Positions 1-12,944 of a DNA stretch of 64,000 nucleotides are shown in pieces. The notes under the pieces are model-generated. The model had not been told where the DNA came from. It made no database searches and worked only from the letters and a program-made list of their open reading frames with translations. Every line of letters starts with the position of its first letter. Positions within the stretch are counted from its first letter, which is position 1. This stretch comes from an uncultured Alphaproteobacteria bacterium (GTDB lineage Bacteria > Pseudomonadota > Alphaproteobacteria > Sphingomonadales > Sphingomonadaceae), in the NCBI GenBank assembly GCA_963824825.1, contig CAWGQM010000003.1:189638-253637 (forward strand), read 5' to 3'. The position numbers were made by a program, and so were the translations under genes.

Positions 1-2191
1 GGCGGCGGGGCCGGCGTTCGGCCTGCTCGTCGCCTGGAAGTTCTGGCCGCGCACCTATGCGCCGAATCTGCGCGCCGCCGAGGGCGAGACCCTGTTCAAC
101 GCCTTCCTCAAGATCGGCCGCGACGGCCGGGTGATCGTCGCGGTGCCGCAGACCGAGCTCGGCCAGGGCGTCTGGACCAGCCTGCCGCAGATCCTCGCCG
201 ACGAGCTCGGCGCCGACTGGCGCACCGTCTCGGTCGAGCCGGCGCCGATCAGCCCGCTCTACGCCAACCTGCTGCTCGCCGAGCAGGCCGCCGACGACAG
301 CGGCCTGCCCGGCTTCCTGCACGGCATCGGCCGCTGGGCGGCGCGCGACTAGCGCGCGCAAGAGCGCGCTGATGCTGACCGGCGGCTCGACCTCGATCCG
401 CGCCTTCGAGCCGCTGATGCGCGAGGCGGGGGCGGCGGCGCGGGCGCTGCTCTCGCATGGCCGCGGCGGCGCGCTGGAACGCGAATTGGGAGGAGCTCGA
501 CACGCGCGACGGCTTCGTCTGGCGCGGCAACGACCGCATCCCCTTCGCCGAGCTCGCCGAGGCGGCGGCGGGCCACGAGCTGCCCGACAATCTGCCGGTC
601 CGCGGCGGGCTCGACAACCGGCTCGCCGGCCAGCCGCTGCCGCGGCTCGACGTGCCCGCCAAGATCGACGGCTCGGCGATGTTCGCCGCCGACGTCCGCC
701 TGCCCGACATGGTCTATGCGGCGGTGCAGGAGCGGGCCGCCGGGGAGCCGGCTCGCCGCGATCGACAGGGCAGCGGCCGACGCCGTCCCGGGCGCGCTCA
801 AAGTGTTCGAGAATCCCGGCTGGGCCGGCGGTCGCCGCGACCAATTGGTGGGCGGCGGCGCGCGCGCTCGACGCGCTTGCGCCGCGCTTCCATGTGCCGG
901 ACAACCTGCCGACCAGCGCGAGCATCTCGGCCGCGCTCGCCGCCGCGCTCGATTCGGACGACGGCGACCGCTGTTCGAGCAGCGGCGACATGGCGGCCGG
1001 CTTTCCCGGCGCCAGCCCGATCGAGGCGCGCTACGAGGTCGGCCTCGCCCCGTCGGCGGCGATCGAGCCGCTGACCGCGACCGCCGCGCGTCACCGGCGA
1101 CCGGCATCGAGATCTGGGCGCCGACCCAGGCGCCCGGCCTCGCCCGCGCCGCCGCCGCCCGCGCGCTCGGCTGGGCGGAGAGCCAGGTCACGCTCTATCC
1201 GATGCTCGCCGGCGGCGGCTACGGCCGCAAGCTCGAGACGGACGGCGATCGAGCAGGCGGCGATCCTCGCGGTCAGGCTCGACCGGCCGGTCCAGCTCAC
1301 CTGGCCGCGCATCCAGGAGATCCAGCGCGACAGCTTCCGCCCCGCCGCGGCGGCGAAGATGACCGGCTGGATGTCGCAGCAGGGCCTGATCGGCTGGCTC
1401 GCCCGGATCGCGGCGCCGGCGACCAGCGCCGAGGTCGCCGAGCGGCTCGGCGCGGCGGGCTGGCTGGTCCGCCCCGACGGCGCCGCGGTCGCCGGCGCGG
1501 AGCCGCCTTACGGCATCGCCAACTGTCGCGATCGACCATGTCGCCGCCGATCTCGGCATCCAGACCGGCATGTGGCGCCGGCGCGCGCACAGCTACACCT
1601 GCTTTTTCACCGAATGCTTCATCGACGAGCTCGCCCGCGCCGCCGGGCTCGAGCCGCTTGTCGTTCCGGATGCAGATGCTGAGCGGCAATCCGCGCCTCG
1701 CCCGCTGCCTCGCCACCGCGACCTCGATCGGCGGCTGGGACGGCGGCCCGCCGGGCAGCGGCATGGGCATCGCCTGCCACAGCGCCTTCGGCTCGCACGT
1801 CGCCACTCTGGTCGAGGTCGAGGTGACCCGCGACCAGCGCCTCAGGGTGATGCGCGCCGTCTGCGCGGTCGATTGCGGCCGGATCGTCAACCCGGAGATC
1901 GTCAAGCAGCAGATCGAGGGCGGCATCGTCCACGGCGTCTCGGCCGCGATCGGCCGGCCGCTCGACATCGTCGGCGGCGTTCCGACCGCGCAGACGATCG
2001 GCGCCTACGGCCTGCCGATCCTGCGCGACGCGCCCGAGGTGACGGTCGAGCTGCTGGACAGCGAGGAGGATCCGGGCGGCGTCACCGAGCTCGCCGTGCC
2101 GACCGCCGCGCCCGCCATCGCCAACGCCTATTTCTCGCTGACCGGCCAGCGCGTGCGCACCCTGCCGATCCTCGTCGGGGGCCGCCGGTGA
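1..2191 (+). CDS. Xanthine dehydrogenase-family molybdopterin-binding subunit (isoquinoline 1-oxidoreductase beta-like); 5' end outside window, several frameshifts
   Basis: Motifs across frames: ELGQGVWTSLPQILADELGADW, TGGSTSIR, RLDVPAKIDGSAMFAADVRLPDM, GGGYGRK, CAVDCGRIVNPEIVKQQIEGG, PGGVTELAVP. Confidence 0.9.
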
Positions 2192-3207
2192 CCCAGCCGG
2201 CCGGCCACCCCGCCGTGCCGGCGGCGAAGATCGGCGTGCTGCTCGATCAACCTCGGCACGCCCGACGCGCCGGAGCCGGGGGCGGTGAAGCGCTATCTGA
2301 AGGAATTCCTGTCCGACCCGCGCGTGGTCGAGATCCCGCCAGCTCGTCTGGCAGCCGATCCTGCGCGGGCATCATCCTCACCACCCGGCCGAAGAAATCG
2401 GCCCATGCCTATCGGCAGGTCTGGATGGAGGAAGGCTCGCCGCTCGCCGTCTATCACCGCCCGCCAGGCCGAGGCGCTGCGAGGGCGCGTTCGGCGCCGG
2501 ACGTGATCGTCGATCATGCGATGCGCTACGGCCGGCCCGCCATCGCCGAGCGGATCGACGCGCTCAAGGCGGCGGGCTGCGAGCGCATCCTGATCGCGCC
2601 GCTCTATCCGCAATATTGCGCCGCGACGACGGCGACCGCCAACGACGAGGCGTTCCGCCATCTGCGGCAGCATGCGCTGGCAGCCGGCGGTGCGCACGCT
2701 GCCGCCTTATCATGACGACCCGCCTATATCGACGCGCTCGCGGATCGCGGTCGAGGACGTCGCTCGCCGCGCTCGATTTCGAGCCGCAGGCGATCCTCGC
2801 CAGCTTCCACGGCATGCCGCAGCGGACGCTGGAGCTCGGCGATCCCTATCATTGCCATTGCCGCAAGACGGCGCGGCTGCTCTCGCGAGGCGCTCGGCCG
2901 CGAGCTCGAGCGTCGCCTTCCAGTCGCGCTTCGGCCGCGCCAAATGGCTGGAGCCGGCGACCGACAAGGTGCTGGCCGCGCTGCCCGGCAGCGGCGTGAC
3001 CAAGGTCGCGATCGCTCGCCCCCGGCTTCGCCGCCGATTGCCTGGAGACGCTGGAGGAGCTGGCGATCCGCGGCCGCGACACCTTCCTCGCGGCGGGCGG
3101 CAGCGATTTCGCCTATCTGCCCTGCCTCAACGATTCAGCGCCCGGGCATGACGATGCTGCGCGCGCTGATCGGCCGCGAGCTTGAAGGTTGGCTGCCCGC
3201 GCAATAA
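2188..3207 (+). CDS. hemH: Ferrochelatase (frameshifted)
   Basis: GTG overlaps upstream stop; [63 protein letters not shown] reconstructed across frames. Confidence 0.93.
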
Positions 3208-3239
3208 GGCCCTCTCCACAACAGATAGAGGAGAGGAAT

Positions 3240-3964
3240 ATGGCACGGGTTGCAATCGTCACCGGCGGCACCCGGGGCATCGGCGAGGCGATCAGCATCG
3301 CGCTGCGCGACCAGGGCGTCACCGTCGCCGCCAATTATGCCGGCAATGACGAGAAAGCGCGCGACTTCACCGAGCGCACCGGCATCAAGGCCTATAAATG
3401 GGACGTCTCCGATCTCGACGCCTGCCTCGCCGGCGTCGCCGCAGATCGAGAGCCGAGCTCGGCCCGGTCGACGTGCTCGTCAACAATGCCGGCATCACCC
3501 GCGACGGGACGATGAAGCGGATGGACCGCAAGGCCTGGGACGAGGTGCTCGACGTCAATCTCGGCGGCTGCTTCAACATGGCCAAGGCGGTGTGGAACGG
3601 GATGAACGAGCGCAAATATGGCCGGATCGTCAATATCGGCTCGATCAACGGCCAGGCCGGCCAATATGGCCAGGTCAATTACGCCGCCGCCAAATCCGGC
3701 ATCCACGGCTTCACCAAGGCGCTCGCCCAGGAAGGCGCCCGCGCCGGCATCACCGTCAACGCGATCGCGCCCGGCTATATCGACACCGAGATGGTCGCCG
3801 CGGTGCCGCCCGACGTGCTCGAGAAGATCGTCGCCAAGATCCCGGTCGGCCGCCTCGGCAAGGCCGAGGAGATCGCCCGCGGCGTCACCTTCCTGTGCTC
3901 GGAGGAGGGCGGCTTCATCACCGGCTCGACGCTGTCGATCAACGGCGGCCAGCATATGTATTGA
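3240..3964 (+). CDS. phbB: Acetoacetyl-CoA reductase, SDR family (one frameshift)
   Basis: RBS GAGGAGAGG; MARVAIVTGGTRGIG, NNAGITRD, SINGQAGQYGQVNYAAAKSG, GSTLSINGGQHMY. Confidence 0.9.
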
Positions 3965-3995
3965 CGCGTCCCCCAACGCGTCACCCCACCTTCTA

Positions 3996-4082
3996 CGTCA
4001 TCCCCGCGAAAGCGGGGATCCAGCTTCTTGTTTGCTGTCTACGTGCGCTAGAAGCTGGATTCCCGCGTTCGCGGGAATGACG
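3996..4082. repeat. CGTC-type REP doublet
   Basis: CGTCATCCCCGCGAAAGCGGGGATCCAGCTTC ... GAAGCTGGATTCCCGCGTTCGCGGGAATGACG; four related copies in the window. Confidence 0.85.
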
Positions 4083-4103
4083 AATGGGGGCGAGGAGAGT
4101 GAG

Positions 4104-4327
4104 ATGGGCCCGGTCAAGCGCTCGATCATGATCGCGGGGCACGCGACCTCGATCAGCCTGGAGCCGGTCTTCTGGGACGGCGTTGCGCGACGGCGGCGGA
4201 GGCGGAGGGGCTGCCGCTGAACGCGCTCGTCGCGCGGATCGACGCCGAGCGGGTCGCGGCGCCCGATCCGCCCAATCTGGCCAGCGCGATCCGGGTCTGG
4301 CTGTTCGAACGGGAGCAGGGCCGATGA
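4104..4327 (+). CDS. Ribbon-helix-helix domain protein (RHH_4-like), frameshifted
   Basis: MGPVKRSIMIAGHATSISLEPVFWD ... LNALVARID ... NLASAIRVWLF. Confidence 0.85.
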
Positions 4328-4711
4328 GCGTCGAGCTCAACCACACCATCATCTGGTGCTCGGACAAGGCACGCTCCGCCGCCTTCCTGACCGACATTCT
4401 CGGCCTGCCGCCGGCGCGGACCTTCTTCCACTTCCTCGTCGTCGACCTCGCCAACCGGGTGTCGGTCGATTTCTACCAGAAGGAGGGCGCGGTCGCGGCC
4501 GCAGCATTATGCCTTCCTGGTCGGCGAGGCCGAGTTCGACGCGGCGTTCGCGCGCATCGAGGGGCGGGGCCTGACTTACTGGGCCGATCCGGCGCGCACC
4601 AGGCCCGACGAGATCAACCGCCATTATGGCGGCCGCGGCCTCTATTTCGAGGACCCGGACGGCCACCTGCTCGAGATCATCACCCGGCCCTATGGCGAGG
4701 GGCCGCCCTAG
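4324..4711 (+). CDS. VOC/glyoxalase family protein (frameshifted)
   Basis: MSVELNHTII, QHYAFLV, GGRGLYFEDPDGHLLEIITRPYG. Confidence 0.9.
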
Positions 4712-4836
4712 ATCCTCCCCTCGATTTCGAGGGGAGGGGGACCATGCGAAGCATGGTGGAGGGGCCTCTTGAGCATCAGATGCCCCTCCACCGCACTTCG
4801 TGCGGTCGCCCTCCCCTGCAAATGCAGGGGAGGAAT
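4711..4836. repeat. Intergenic composite palindromic repeat (CCTCCCC/GGGGAGG family)
   Basis: ATCCTCCCCTCGATTTCGAGGGGAGGGGGACCATGCGAAGCATGGTGGAGGGGC followed by an inverted half ending CCTCCCCTGCAAATGCAGGGGAGGA; related half-copy at 57437. Confidence 0.75.
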
Positions 4837-4841
4837 TGAGG

Positions 4842-7800
4842 TCAGCGCCCCAGCAGCACCCGCGCCTGGGTCGCGATCTGGGCGAGCATCGGCGCGGTGG
4901 TGACCGAGGCGGTGCGGGCGCGGTCGACGGTGCGGCGGAACTGGTCGATGCGCGGCCCCTGGCCGGCGACCCATTTGTCGACCGCCGCCTTGGGATCGTC
5001 GCTCTTGCGCCGCTCGAGGAATTCGAGCCGCAATTGCTCGAAATCGCGGGCGAGGCCGGCGGTCAGCAGCCGCTCCCACTGGTCGCGCGCCTGGAAATGG
5101 TTGGCCGCGTTCTGCGCCCAGTCGAGCCCGAGCGCCTCGCCGAGCTTGGTGTAGGCGCGGGTCAGCTCGACCTCGTCGACGCCGAGCTTCTGGCCGAGCA
5201 CGGCGAGGCCGACCGCGCCGTTCAGCTCGAACAGGCGGACGATCCGGTCGGCGATCGCCTCGGGCGCGCCCATCTCGTCGAGCTCGGCGCGCAGGCTGCC
5301 GGCCTCGGCGCGCGCCTCGGGCCGCAGCAGATCGTCGACCATCGCCTCGAGCTTGGCGAGGCCCGGCTGGAGCAGCTCGACGAGCTCGCCGGGCGTCATG
5401 TCCTGCGAGGTGCAGCGCAGCAGATCGGCGATGTGGAGCTGGAGCCCGGTCGAGGCCTGGTCGAACAAAGCGAGGCGGACCTGCTCGGGCACGTCGGCCG
5501 TGTCGATCTCGGCCCACAGCTCCTTCATGCGGAACAGCCGCTCGGCGGCGAGGAAGGCGGCGGCGGCCTGGCCGAAGGCGGCGCCTTCCTCCTCGGTCAG
5601 CGAGAAGGGCGCGATGATGCCGAGCCGGTTGACGAAGCGGTTGGCGACCTTGGTGGCGATGATCTCCTTCTTGAGGCGGTGGGCGAGGATCGCGTCGCCG
5701 TGGCGCTCCTGCATCGCCTCGGGGAAGGCGCCGCAGCAGCTCGGGCGTCGAGCGTCGGATCGTCGGTGAACCTCGCCGCCTTCGATCGCCGCCTGCAGCC
5801 GCATCTTCGCGGTCGACAGCAGCACCGCGAGCTCGGGCCGGGTCAGGCCGAGATTGGCCTGGGCGCGGCGGAGCAGCTCCTCATTGCCCTCGAGCCCCTC
5901 GACCGCGCGGTTGAGCCGGCCGCTCTCCTCGAGGATCTCGATGACCCGGACCAGCTGCGGCAGCGCCCGCGCGCCGCCGCGTTCGGCGATCGACAGCGCC
6001 AGCGTCTGCAGCCGGTTGTCCTCGAGCACCAGCGCGGCGACGTCGTCGGTCATCTCGGCGAGCAGCAGGTTGCGCTCCTCCAGCGCCAGCCGCCCTTCGG
6101 CCATCTCGCGGTTGAGCGGGATCTTGATGTTGACCTCGTTGTCCGAGCAATCGACGCCGGCCGAATTGTCGATGAAGTCGGTGTTGATCCGGCCGCCATG
6201 CTGGCTGAACTCGATCCGGCCGGCCTGGGTGATGCCGAGATTGGCGCCCTCGCCGATCGCCTTGACGCGGAGATCGGCGGCGTTGACCCGGATCGCGTCG
6301 TTGCCGGGATCGCCGACCTCCTGCTGGCTCTCGGTCCGCGCCTTCACATAGGTGCCGATGCCGCCGAACCAGAGCAGGTCGAGCTCGGCGAGCAGGATCG
6401 CGGCGATCAGCGCCGCCGGCTCGATCTCCTCGGCGCTCGAGGCCGAGCATCGCCCGGACTTCCGCGCTCAGCGGGATCGACTTCTGGCTGCGCGGGAAGA
6501 CGCCGCCGCCCTTCGAGATCAGGCTCTTGTCGTAATCGTCCCAGGTCGAGCGCGGCGAGGCCGAACATCCGCTTGCGCTCCTTCCAGCTCGTCGCCGGAT
6601 CGGGATCGGGATCGAGGAAGATGTGGCGATGATCGAAGGCGGCGACCAGCTTGATCGCCTTCGAAAGCAGCATGCCGTTGCCGAACACGTCGCCGCACAT
6701 GTCGCCGACGCCGGCGACCCGGATCGGCTGCTTCTGGACGTCGATCCCCATCTCCGTGAAGTGGCGCTGGACCGAGACCCAGGCGCCCTTGGCGGTGATC
6801 CCCATCGCCTTGTGGTCGTAGCCGTTGGAGCCGCCGCTGGCGAAGGCGTCGCCGAGCCAGAAGCCGCGCTCGATCGCGATCGCGTTGGCGACGTCGGAGA
6901 AGGTCGGCGGTGCCCTTGTCGGCGGCGACGACGAAATAGGCGTCGTCGCCGTCATTGCCGATCACCCGGTCCGGATCGACCACTTCGCCGCCGACGATAT
7001 TGTCGGTGACCGAGAGCAAGGTGCGGATGAAGATTCGATAGGCTTCGGTGCCTTCCGCCAGCCAGGCGTCGCGGCTCGCCGCCGAGCGGCAATTGCTTGG
7101 GATAGAAGCCGCCCTTGGCGCCGGTCGGCACGATCACCGCGTTCTTGACCAGCTGCGCCTTCATCAGGCCGAGGATCTCGGTGCGGAAATCGTCGCGCCG
7201 GTCGGACCAGCGGAGGCCGCCGCGGGCGATCGGCCCGCCGCGCAGATGGATGCCCTCGACGCGCGGCGAATAGACCCAGATCTCGCGCCACGGCACCGGC
7301 GCCGGCAGGCCCGGCACGAGCGTCGATTCGAGCTTGAAGGCCAGCGCCTCCTGGCCCGACGGGGCGAAGGCGTTGGTCCGCAAGGTCGCCGCGATGACGC
7401 CGCGGATGAGGCGCAGGATGCGATCCTCGTCGATCGCCGCGACGGCTTCGAGGCCGCGGTCGATCCGCCTGCTGGCGGCCTTGATCGCCTCCTCGCGCGG
7501 GCCTTCGAGCGCCGGATCGTGCATCGCGTCGAACAAGGCGATCAGGCCCTTGGTCACTTCCGGCGCCCGGCGCAGCGCGTCGACCACGGTGATCAGCGAA
7601 TAAGACAGGCCGGTCTGGCGCAGATAGCGGAACCAGGCGCGGAACAGGGTCGACCTCGCGCGGCTCCAGCCCGGCCGCGACGATCAGCTGGTTGAACGGG
7701 ATCGTTCTCCGCCTCTGCCTTCGAGCACGTCGGCGATCGCCCGCTCGACCACGGTGCCGCGCTTCAGCACCGCGGCGGCGTCGCCGCCGGCCGGCATCTG

Positions 7801-9516
7801 CAGGTCGAAATCGTGGACATAGCCGGTCGCGCCGGCGCGGCCGACCGGGGTCGGCACCTCGTCGAGCACCCGGAAGCCGAAATTCTCGAACACCGGCACC
7901 GCCTCCGACAAGGGGATGATGCCGCCGATCCGGTAGGTCTTGAGGTGGAAGCGATCGGCGGCGTCGTCGTCGCGGCGGAACAGCCGCACGTCGCGGTCGC
8001 CGCTCTCCTCGAGCCCGGCCAGGCAGACGACGTCGCGCGCCGCGGCGCCGGCGTCGGTGCGGATTCGATAGCCTTCGGGGAACTGGTCGAGATAGGTGAT
8101 GGCGAGCCGAGTCGCGCGGGCCGGGCCGACCAGCGCGCCGAGCGCCTCCTCGACGCTCGGCTCCCAGCCGCGCACCATCGCGTCGAGCTTCCTGTCGAGC
8201 GCCTTGGCGTCGGGCGTCGGCGCCCTGGCGCTGACGTTGAGCGTGTAGCGGACCAGAGCGAGGTCGCCGTCGCCGAGGTCGACCGCCCAGTTGGTGATCC
8301 TGCCCTTGGCGGCCTGCTTCGATCATCTCGCCGATGGCGACTCGGCGGCGCGTGGTGAGCTCGTCGCGCGGCAGCCAGACGAAGGCGAACATATGGCCCT
8401 TGAGGATCGAGCGGACCAGGATCAGGGTCGGCCGCGGCCGGTCGGCGAGCGAGATGGCGGTGGCGGCGAGATGCTTGACCTCCTCGGGCCGCAAGTTGAC
8501 GAGCAGGTCGCGCGGCAGCGAGGCGAGGGCGTGGCGAAGCGCCTTGCCGTTATGGCCGCTCGGCTCGAAGCCGAATTCCTTCTCGAGCTCGTCGAGCTGG
8601 CGGCGAAGCAGCGGCACCTCCTCGATCGGCGCGGTCAGCGCCTGGCTGGTCCACAGGCCGGCATGGACGCCGATGCCGGTGATCCTGCCCTCCTCGCGCA
8701 GCGGCACGACGATGAGGTCGAGCGGCACCCGCCGGTGAACCGGCGAGCGCAGATCCGCCTTGGCCATCAGCGGCTCGGGGCCGCCCTGCTCGAAATAGCG
8801 GATCGCGCCCTCGCTGCCGCCCTCGTCGGTCGGATCGTCGGAGAGCCGCATGATGCCGAGGCCGTGGGACGGCGGCTCGCCCGGCCGCTCGACCTCGTAG
8901 CCGAGCAGGGTCATCGCGCCGTCGGCGAGCCAGTGGAGCAGCGCCCGGCCTTCCGGATCGGCGACCGTCTCGGCCTGGGCGTGCATGTTCGCCTGCATCG
9001 CCCGCCAGTCGGTGACCGCGGCGCGGACGTGGTCGAGCACCCGTTGCAGCTCGGCGACCAGCTCGGCGCGGACCTTCGCGTCGGCGCGGTCGACCTCGAT
9101 GTACATGAGCGATTCGCGCCGGTCCTTGTCGTCGCAGAGCGGCTCGACCGCGATCAGGCATGCCCTTGTCGTCGCGGGTGACGCAGACCACCGGATGGAG
9201 CAGCCGGTGGATGATCAGGCCGCGCGCCGGCGATCGCGCCGGCGATCGAATCGACGAGGAACGGCATGTCGTCGTTGACGATGCAGATCCGCATCCGCCG
9301 ATGGCCCAATTTGGTGCCGGCCGATTCGAGCCTGACCAGCGCCTTGCCGGGCGTCCGCCGCGCCATGCAGCCGGCGATGAACTCGGCGGCGGCGCGGCAA
9401 TCCTCGTCGCTGAAATCCTCGAGCTCGCCGGGAAGCGCGCCGGCGCAGAGCGCGGTGCTCAGATTGTCCAACAGGCGCTGGTGAGCGGCATCCCCCGCTA
9501 CCATGCTGTCATTCAT
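4842..9516 (-). CDS. gdhB: Large NAD-specific glutamate dehydrogenase (several frameshifts)
   Basis: [108 protein letters not shown]. Confidence 0.93.
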
Positions 9517-9625
9517 AAACGGCTCCCGGATTTTTCTGGGCTGCTGGCCGGCCGCCCGCTTCGGCGCGGCCTATAGACCCGGCGTTGCGGCGGCGGCAAG
9601 GCTGAGCGAGCGCTCGGCGATGCCC

Positions 9626-10763
9626 TTACGGCGCATATTCCCAGTCCCACGGCATCCCGGTCGGCCCCAGGATCAGCTCGGCGATCTCGCGAAAGGCGGC
9701 CTCGGCGCGGACGTCGTTGGCGAGCAGCACCACGCAGCGCCGCCCGCGTTCGAGGCAGACCCATAGATTGCCCGTCGAATCGTTGTGGCCGCCCTTGAAG
9801 AAGCCCGGCCCCTGCGGACCGGTGAAGGCGATCAGGCCGAGGCCGGCGCCGAGCCCTGGCCAGCGCTGCGCCGCGGGCGGCTCGGCCAGGGTGGGGAATT
9901 GCGAGACGCCGACGATCGGCTGCTGGCTGCGCAGCATCTCGGCGCGCGCGGCCTGCGCCGATCCCGTCGGAGCGCATGAAGCCGGCGGCGAAGCGCGCGA
10001 AATCGGCGATCGTCGTGTCCATCGATCCCGCCGCCCGAACCGCGCCGCGCTCGTCATGCGGCTCGACGCTGCCGTCCGCCCGCCAGCCGTCGGCGAGGTT
10101 GCGGGCGAAATCGGGCCGCCAGATCATGCTCGTATTGCTCATGCCGAAGCGATCGAACACGCGCCGCTTCATCTCGGCGCCGAGATCGAGCCCCAGCCCG
10201 CGCTCCAGCACGAACTGGAGCAGGATCATCCCTTCGCCCGAATAGGCGTAGCGCGCGCCCGGATCGAAGTGGAATTTGAGCCGACCGTCCGGCTCGACAA
10301 AGGCGAAATTGGCGAAGCCCGACCGGTGCGAGAGCAGGATGCGCGGCGTCAGCCGGCGCCAGCGCTCGTCGCCGGCGAGATGGTGCCAGGGCGCATAGGG
10401 CTCCTCCTCGGCCTCGCTATAGCCGGTGAGTGGCCGCGGCAGGTAATCGGCGATCGAGCGGTCGAGATCGAGCACGCCTTCGTCCACCAATTGCATCACC
10501 GTATAAGCGAATACCGCCTTGGTCAGCGACGCGCCGTACATCACCGTGTCGGGTTCGAGCGGCGCGCCGGCCGCGTTGCGGTGGCCCCAGGTGCGGACGA
10601 GAGCGACCTCGCCGTCGTCGATGACGGCGAGGGCGAGCCCGCGCGCCTCGGTGCGAGCCATCGCGGTCCGGACCATGGTCTCGATCGCCGCCGGCGACGG
10701 GCGCTCGGCGAGGGCCGGACCGGCGAGGGTCGCGGCAAGCGCCAACAGGATTGCGCGTGTCAT
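9626..10763 (-). CDS. Serine hydrolase, beta-lactamase/AmpC-like family, with signal peptide (frameshift near 9960)
   Basis: SxxK motif ASLTK, LLSHRSG, PGARYAYSGEG, FFKGGHND. Confidence 0.88.
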
Positions 10764-10802
10764 GCTACATTTGTAGCGTAATGGGTGAGCTCGTCCAGCC
10801 CG

Positions 10803-12078
10803 TCAGGCGGCGCTCTTCCTGATCGCCTGCTCGATCAGCTTGCGGTCGGCGACCGGGGCGAGGACGGCGAGGCCGTCGGCATCGCGGCGGGCGATGAGCA
10901 GGACGAACTCGCCGTCGCCCGGCACGTCGATGCTCGACCCGGGCGAGCGGACGGGCGTCGTGCAAGGCGGCGCGGATTTCGGCCCAGCGGTCGGGCCCGG
11001 GCGCGGGGCGGCGGGCGGCGCGCTCGGCGGCGACGACGCCCTTGAGGCCGCCGGAATGAGCTTCGATCCGCTCGGCCAGCGCGCCTTCGGCGACGCCTTC
11101 GCGGCGCGCCCAGGCCAGGGCGGCGGCGAATTCGGTGAGCCTCGTCTTGTCGTAGCCGGCGCCGAAGACCAGTTTGACCAGCGGCGTCATCGGCGCGCGC
11201 GCCTGCGCCTTGAGGCCGGCATCGGCGAGCAATTCGGCATAATCGTCGGGCGCCGCTTCGGCGGCGATGGCGAAATCGTGGGCCTGGCCGAGCGCTCGGT
11301 AGAGCGCGGCGCGGCTGCGCTGGCCCGCCTCGGCGGCCAGATCGGCCGAGGCGCGGGCCGCGGACAGGCGGTCGGCGAGGCCCGCCTCTTCGGGCCACAG
11401 GCTCAACGTCTCGTCGTCGGCCGGCGCTTCGGGCAGGGTCTCGATTTCGACGAAATCGGCATTGGGCCCGTCGGCCCAGGCCGGGCTGTCGGCGGCGGGC
11501 GCGGCGGCGATCGCTCGGCCGACCTCGGAGGCGATGCCGTTGGCGGTCTCGCTGTCGGCGAGCTCCTTCCAGTTGATCACGCCGTAGATGAAGTCGATCG
11601 ACTCCCCGTCCGAGGAGAGCGGCATCAGGATGCCGCGATAGAGCGTGTTGAAGCCGCGCTGGCCGACGAACTCGGCCTCGAAGCCGATCGGCGCGCAATT
11701 GGCGATGATCTGCATATAATGGTCGGTGAGGCGCGACAGCAAGGAACGGCTCGGCACCTCGCCGATATGGCGGATCGCGGCGTCGAGCCCGCATTCGGCG
11801 CGCAGCGCCCGGCCGAGGAAGGCGATCGCGGGATTGTCGTGGCTCTTCGAGAAATCGAGAAGCACGCTGTGCGGCCCGAAATCCTCGATCGTGTGCGGAT
11901 CGACGTCCTGGATCGAGGGATAGGCGCGGCCTGAGAGCAGCGACACCCAATAATTGTAGGCGCGGACGTGCATTCGCCGTTCGTCGACGCCGATTTCGGG
12001 CGGGCGCTCGATCGCCGCCTCGTCAACGACCGCCTCCGGATAGGCAGCGTCCTCGTCGAAACCCCTGAAATTGTCCAT
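10803..12078 (-). CDS. Hypothetical protein with N-terminal PAS_5-like domain (frameshift near 10930)
   Basis: RAYNYWVSLLSGRAYPS, HSVLLDF, LYRGILMPLSSDGESIDFIYG; corrected C-terminus KLIEQAIRKSAA-stop at 10803. Confidence 0.7.
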
Positions 12079-12130
12079 CCTGGCGCCTCGAAGCCCCTCT
12101 TTTCGAGCCTGGAGACTGCACCGCGCGTGG

Positions 12131-12145
12131 TTGAAATATGGTTAA
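12131..12145 (-). promoter_or_regulatory. CtrA-like box upstream of the PAS-like gene
   Basis: Minus strand TTAA-CCATATT-TCAA(C); one mismatch to TTAA-N7-TTAA. Confidence 0.5.
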
Positions 12146-12218
12146 GGCTGTTTTGCGGCTTGCCCGGTCGCTTGTCTTTGCGCCGGCCCGCTGATAATGG
12201 CCGCGCCTTCGCCGGAAT

Positions 12219-12294
12219 GCCGCTTTAGCTCAGCTGGTAGAGCACATCATTCGTAATGATGGGGTCGTGGGTTCGAGTCCCTCAAGCGGCACCA
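12219..12294 (+). tRNA. tRNA-Thr(CGT)
   Basis: 76 nt cloverleaf; acceptor GCCGCTT/AAGCGGC, anticodon arm CATCA-TTCGTAA-TGATG, GGTTCGAGTCC, encoded CCA. Confidence 0.97.
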
Positions 12295-12432
12295 GGACCG
12301 GGTGCGCAGCGCCCCGCGCTGCGCAGCCCTGTCCGGGGGACAGGGCGACCCGGTCATTTCGCTCAAGCTACGGCTGGCAAGCCAGCGGCTTTAGCGACGG
12401 CGGGTAAACCTGGAAGTGCTCTGAACCAGCGC

Positions 12433-12804
12433 TCAGCGCCGCGGCGGCAGATGGTCCTGCGGTCCGAAATGGCGCTTGGGGATGGGCTTGCGGGCCGAGG
12501 CCACGATCATCTCCAGAGTCGCCGGATGGAGCGGCGTGGCGAACTGGAAGCCGATCTTGCCGTCCTCGGCCCAGACGACCCGGCTGTTCTGCGGCTCGAG
12601 GCCGGGCAGCTTCAGCCAGACGATGTTGCCGGCCTCGAGCGGGAGATCGGTCTCGGCCATGAAGCCGTCGGTCGACAGATCCCTGACCTCGGCGTCGGCG
12701 ATCGTGGCGCCGGGCTCGCGCAGCCGGGCGGCGAGGTTGACGATGCGGCGCTCGGCGCCGCGCTCTTCCGAAACCGGCAATATCGCCAGCTGTGCCTTGC
12801 TCAC
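12433..12804 (-). CDS. PilZ domain protein
   Basis: RxxxR motif ERGAERR and DxSxxG motif DLSTDG; RVVWAEDGKIGFQF. Confidence 0.9.
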   Translation of the reverse strand: MSKAQLAILPVSEERGAERRIVNLAARLREPGATIADAEVRDLSTDGFMAETDLPLEAGNIVWLKLPGLEPQNSRVVWAEDGKIGFQFATPLHPATLEMIVASARKPIPKRHFGPQDHLPPRR

Positions 12805-12846
12805 GGCCTACTCCTCTTCGCTTGTGCCGGCTTAGCCCCGGAATGG

Positions 12847-12861
12847 CTAAACAAGCATTAA
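12847..12861. promoter_or_regulatory. CtrA-like box between the divergent PilZ and L,D-transpeptidase genes
   Basis: CTAA-ACAAGCA-TTAA; one mismatch to TTAA-N7-TTAA. Confidence 0.5.
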
Positions 12862-12944
12862 GCGAAGGTTTGCGGTCATTACCGGGATCGCCCCGCCTTC
12901 GCGGACGTTGTGCCGGCAACGACGGTGGCGTTTGCGGAGAGTTT

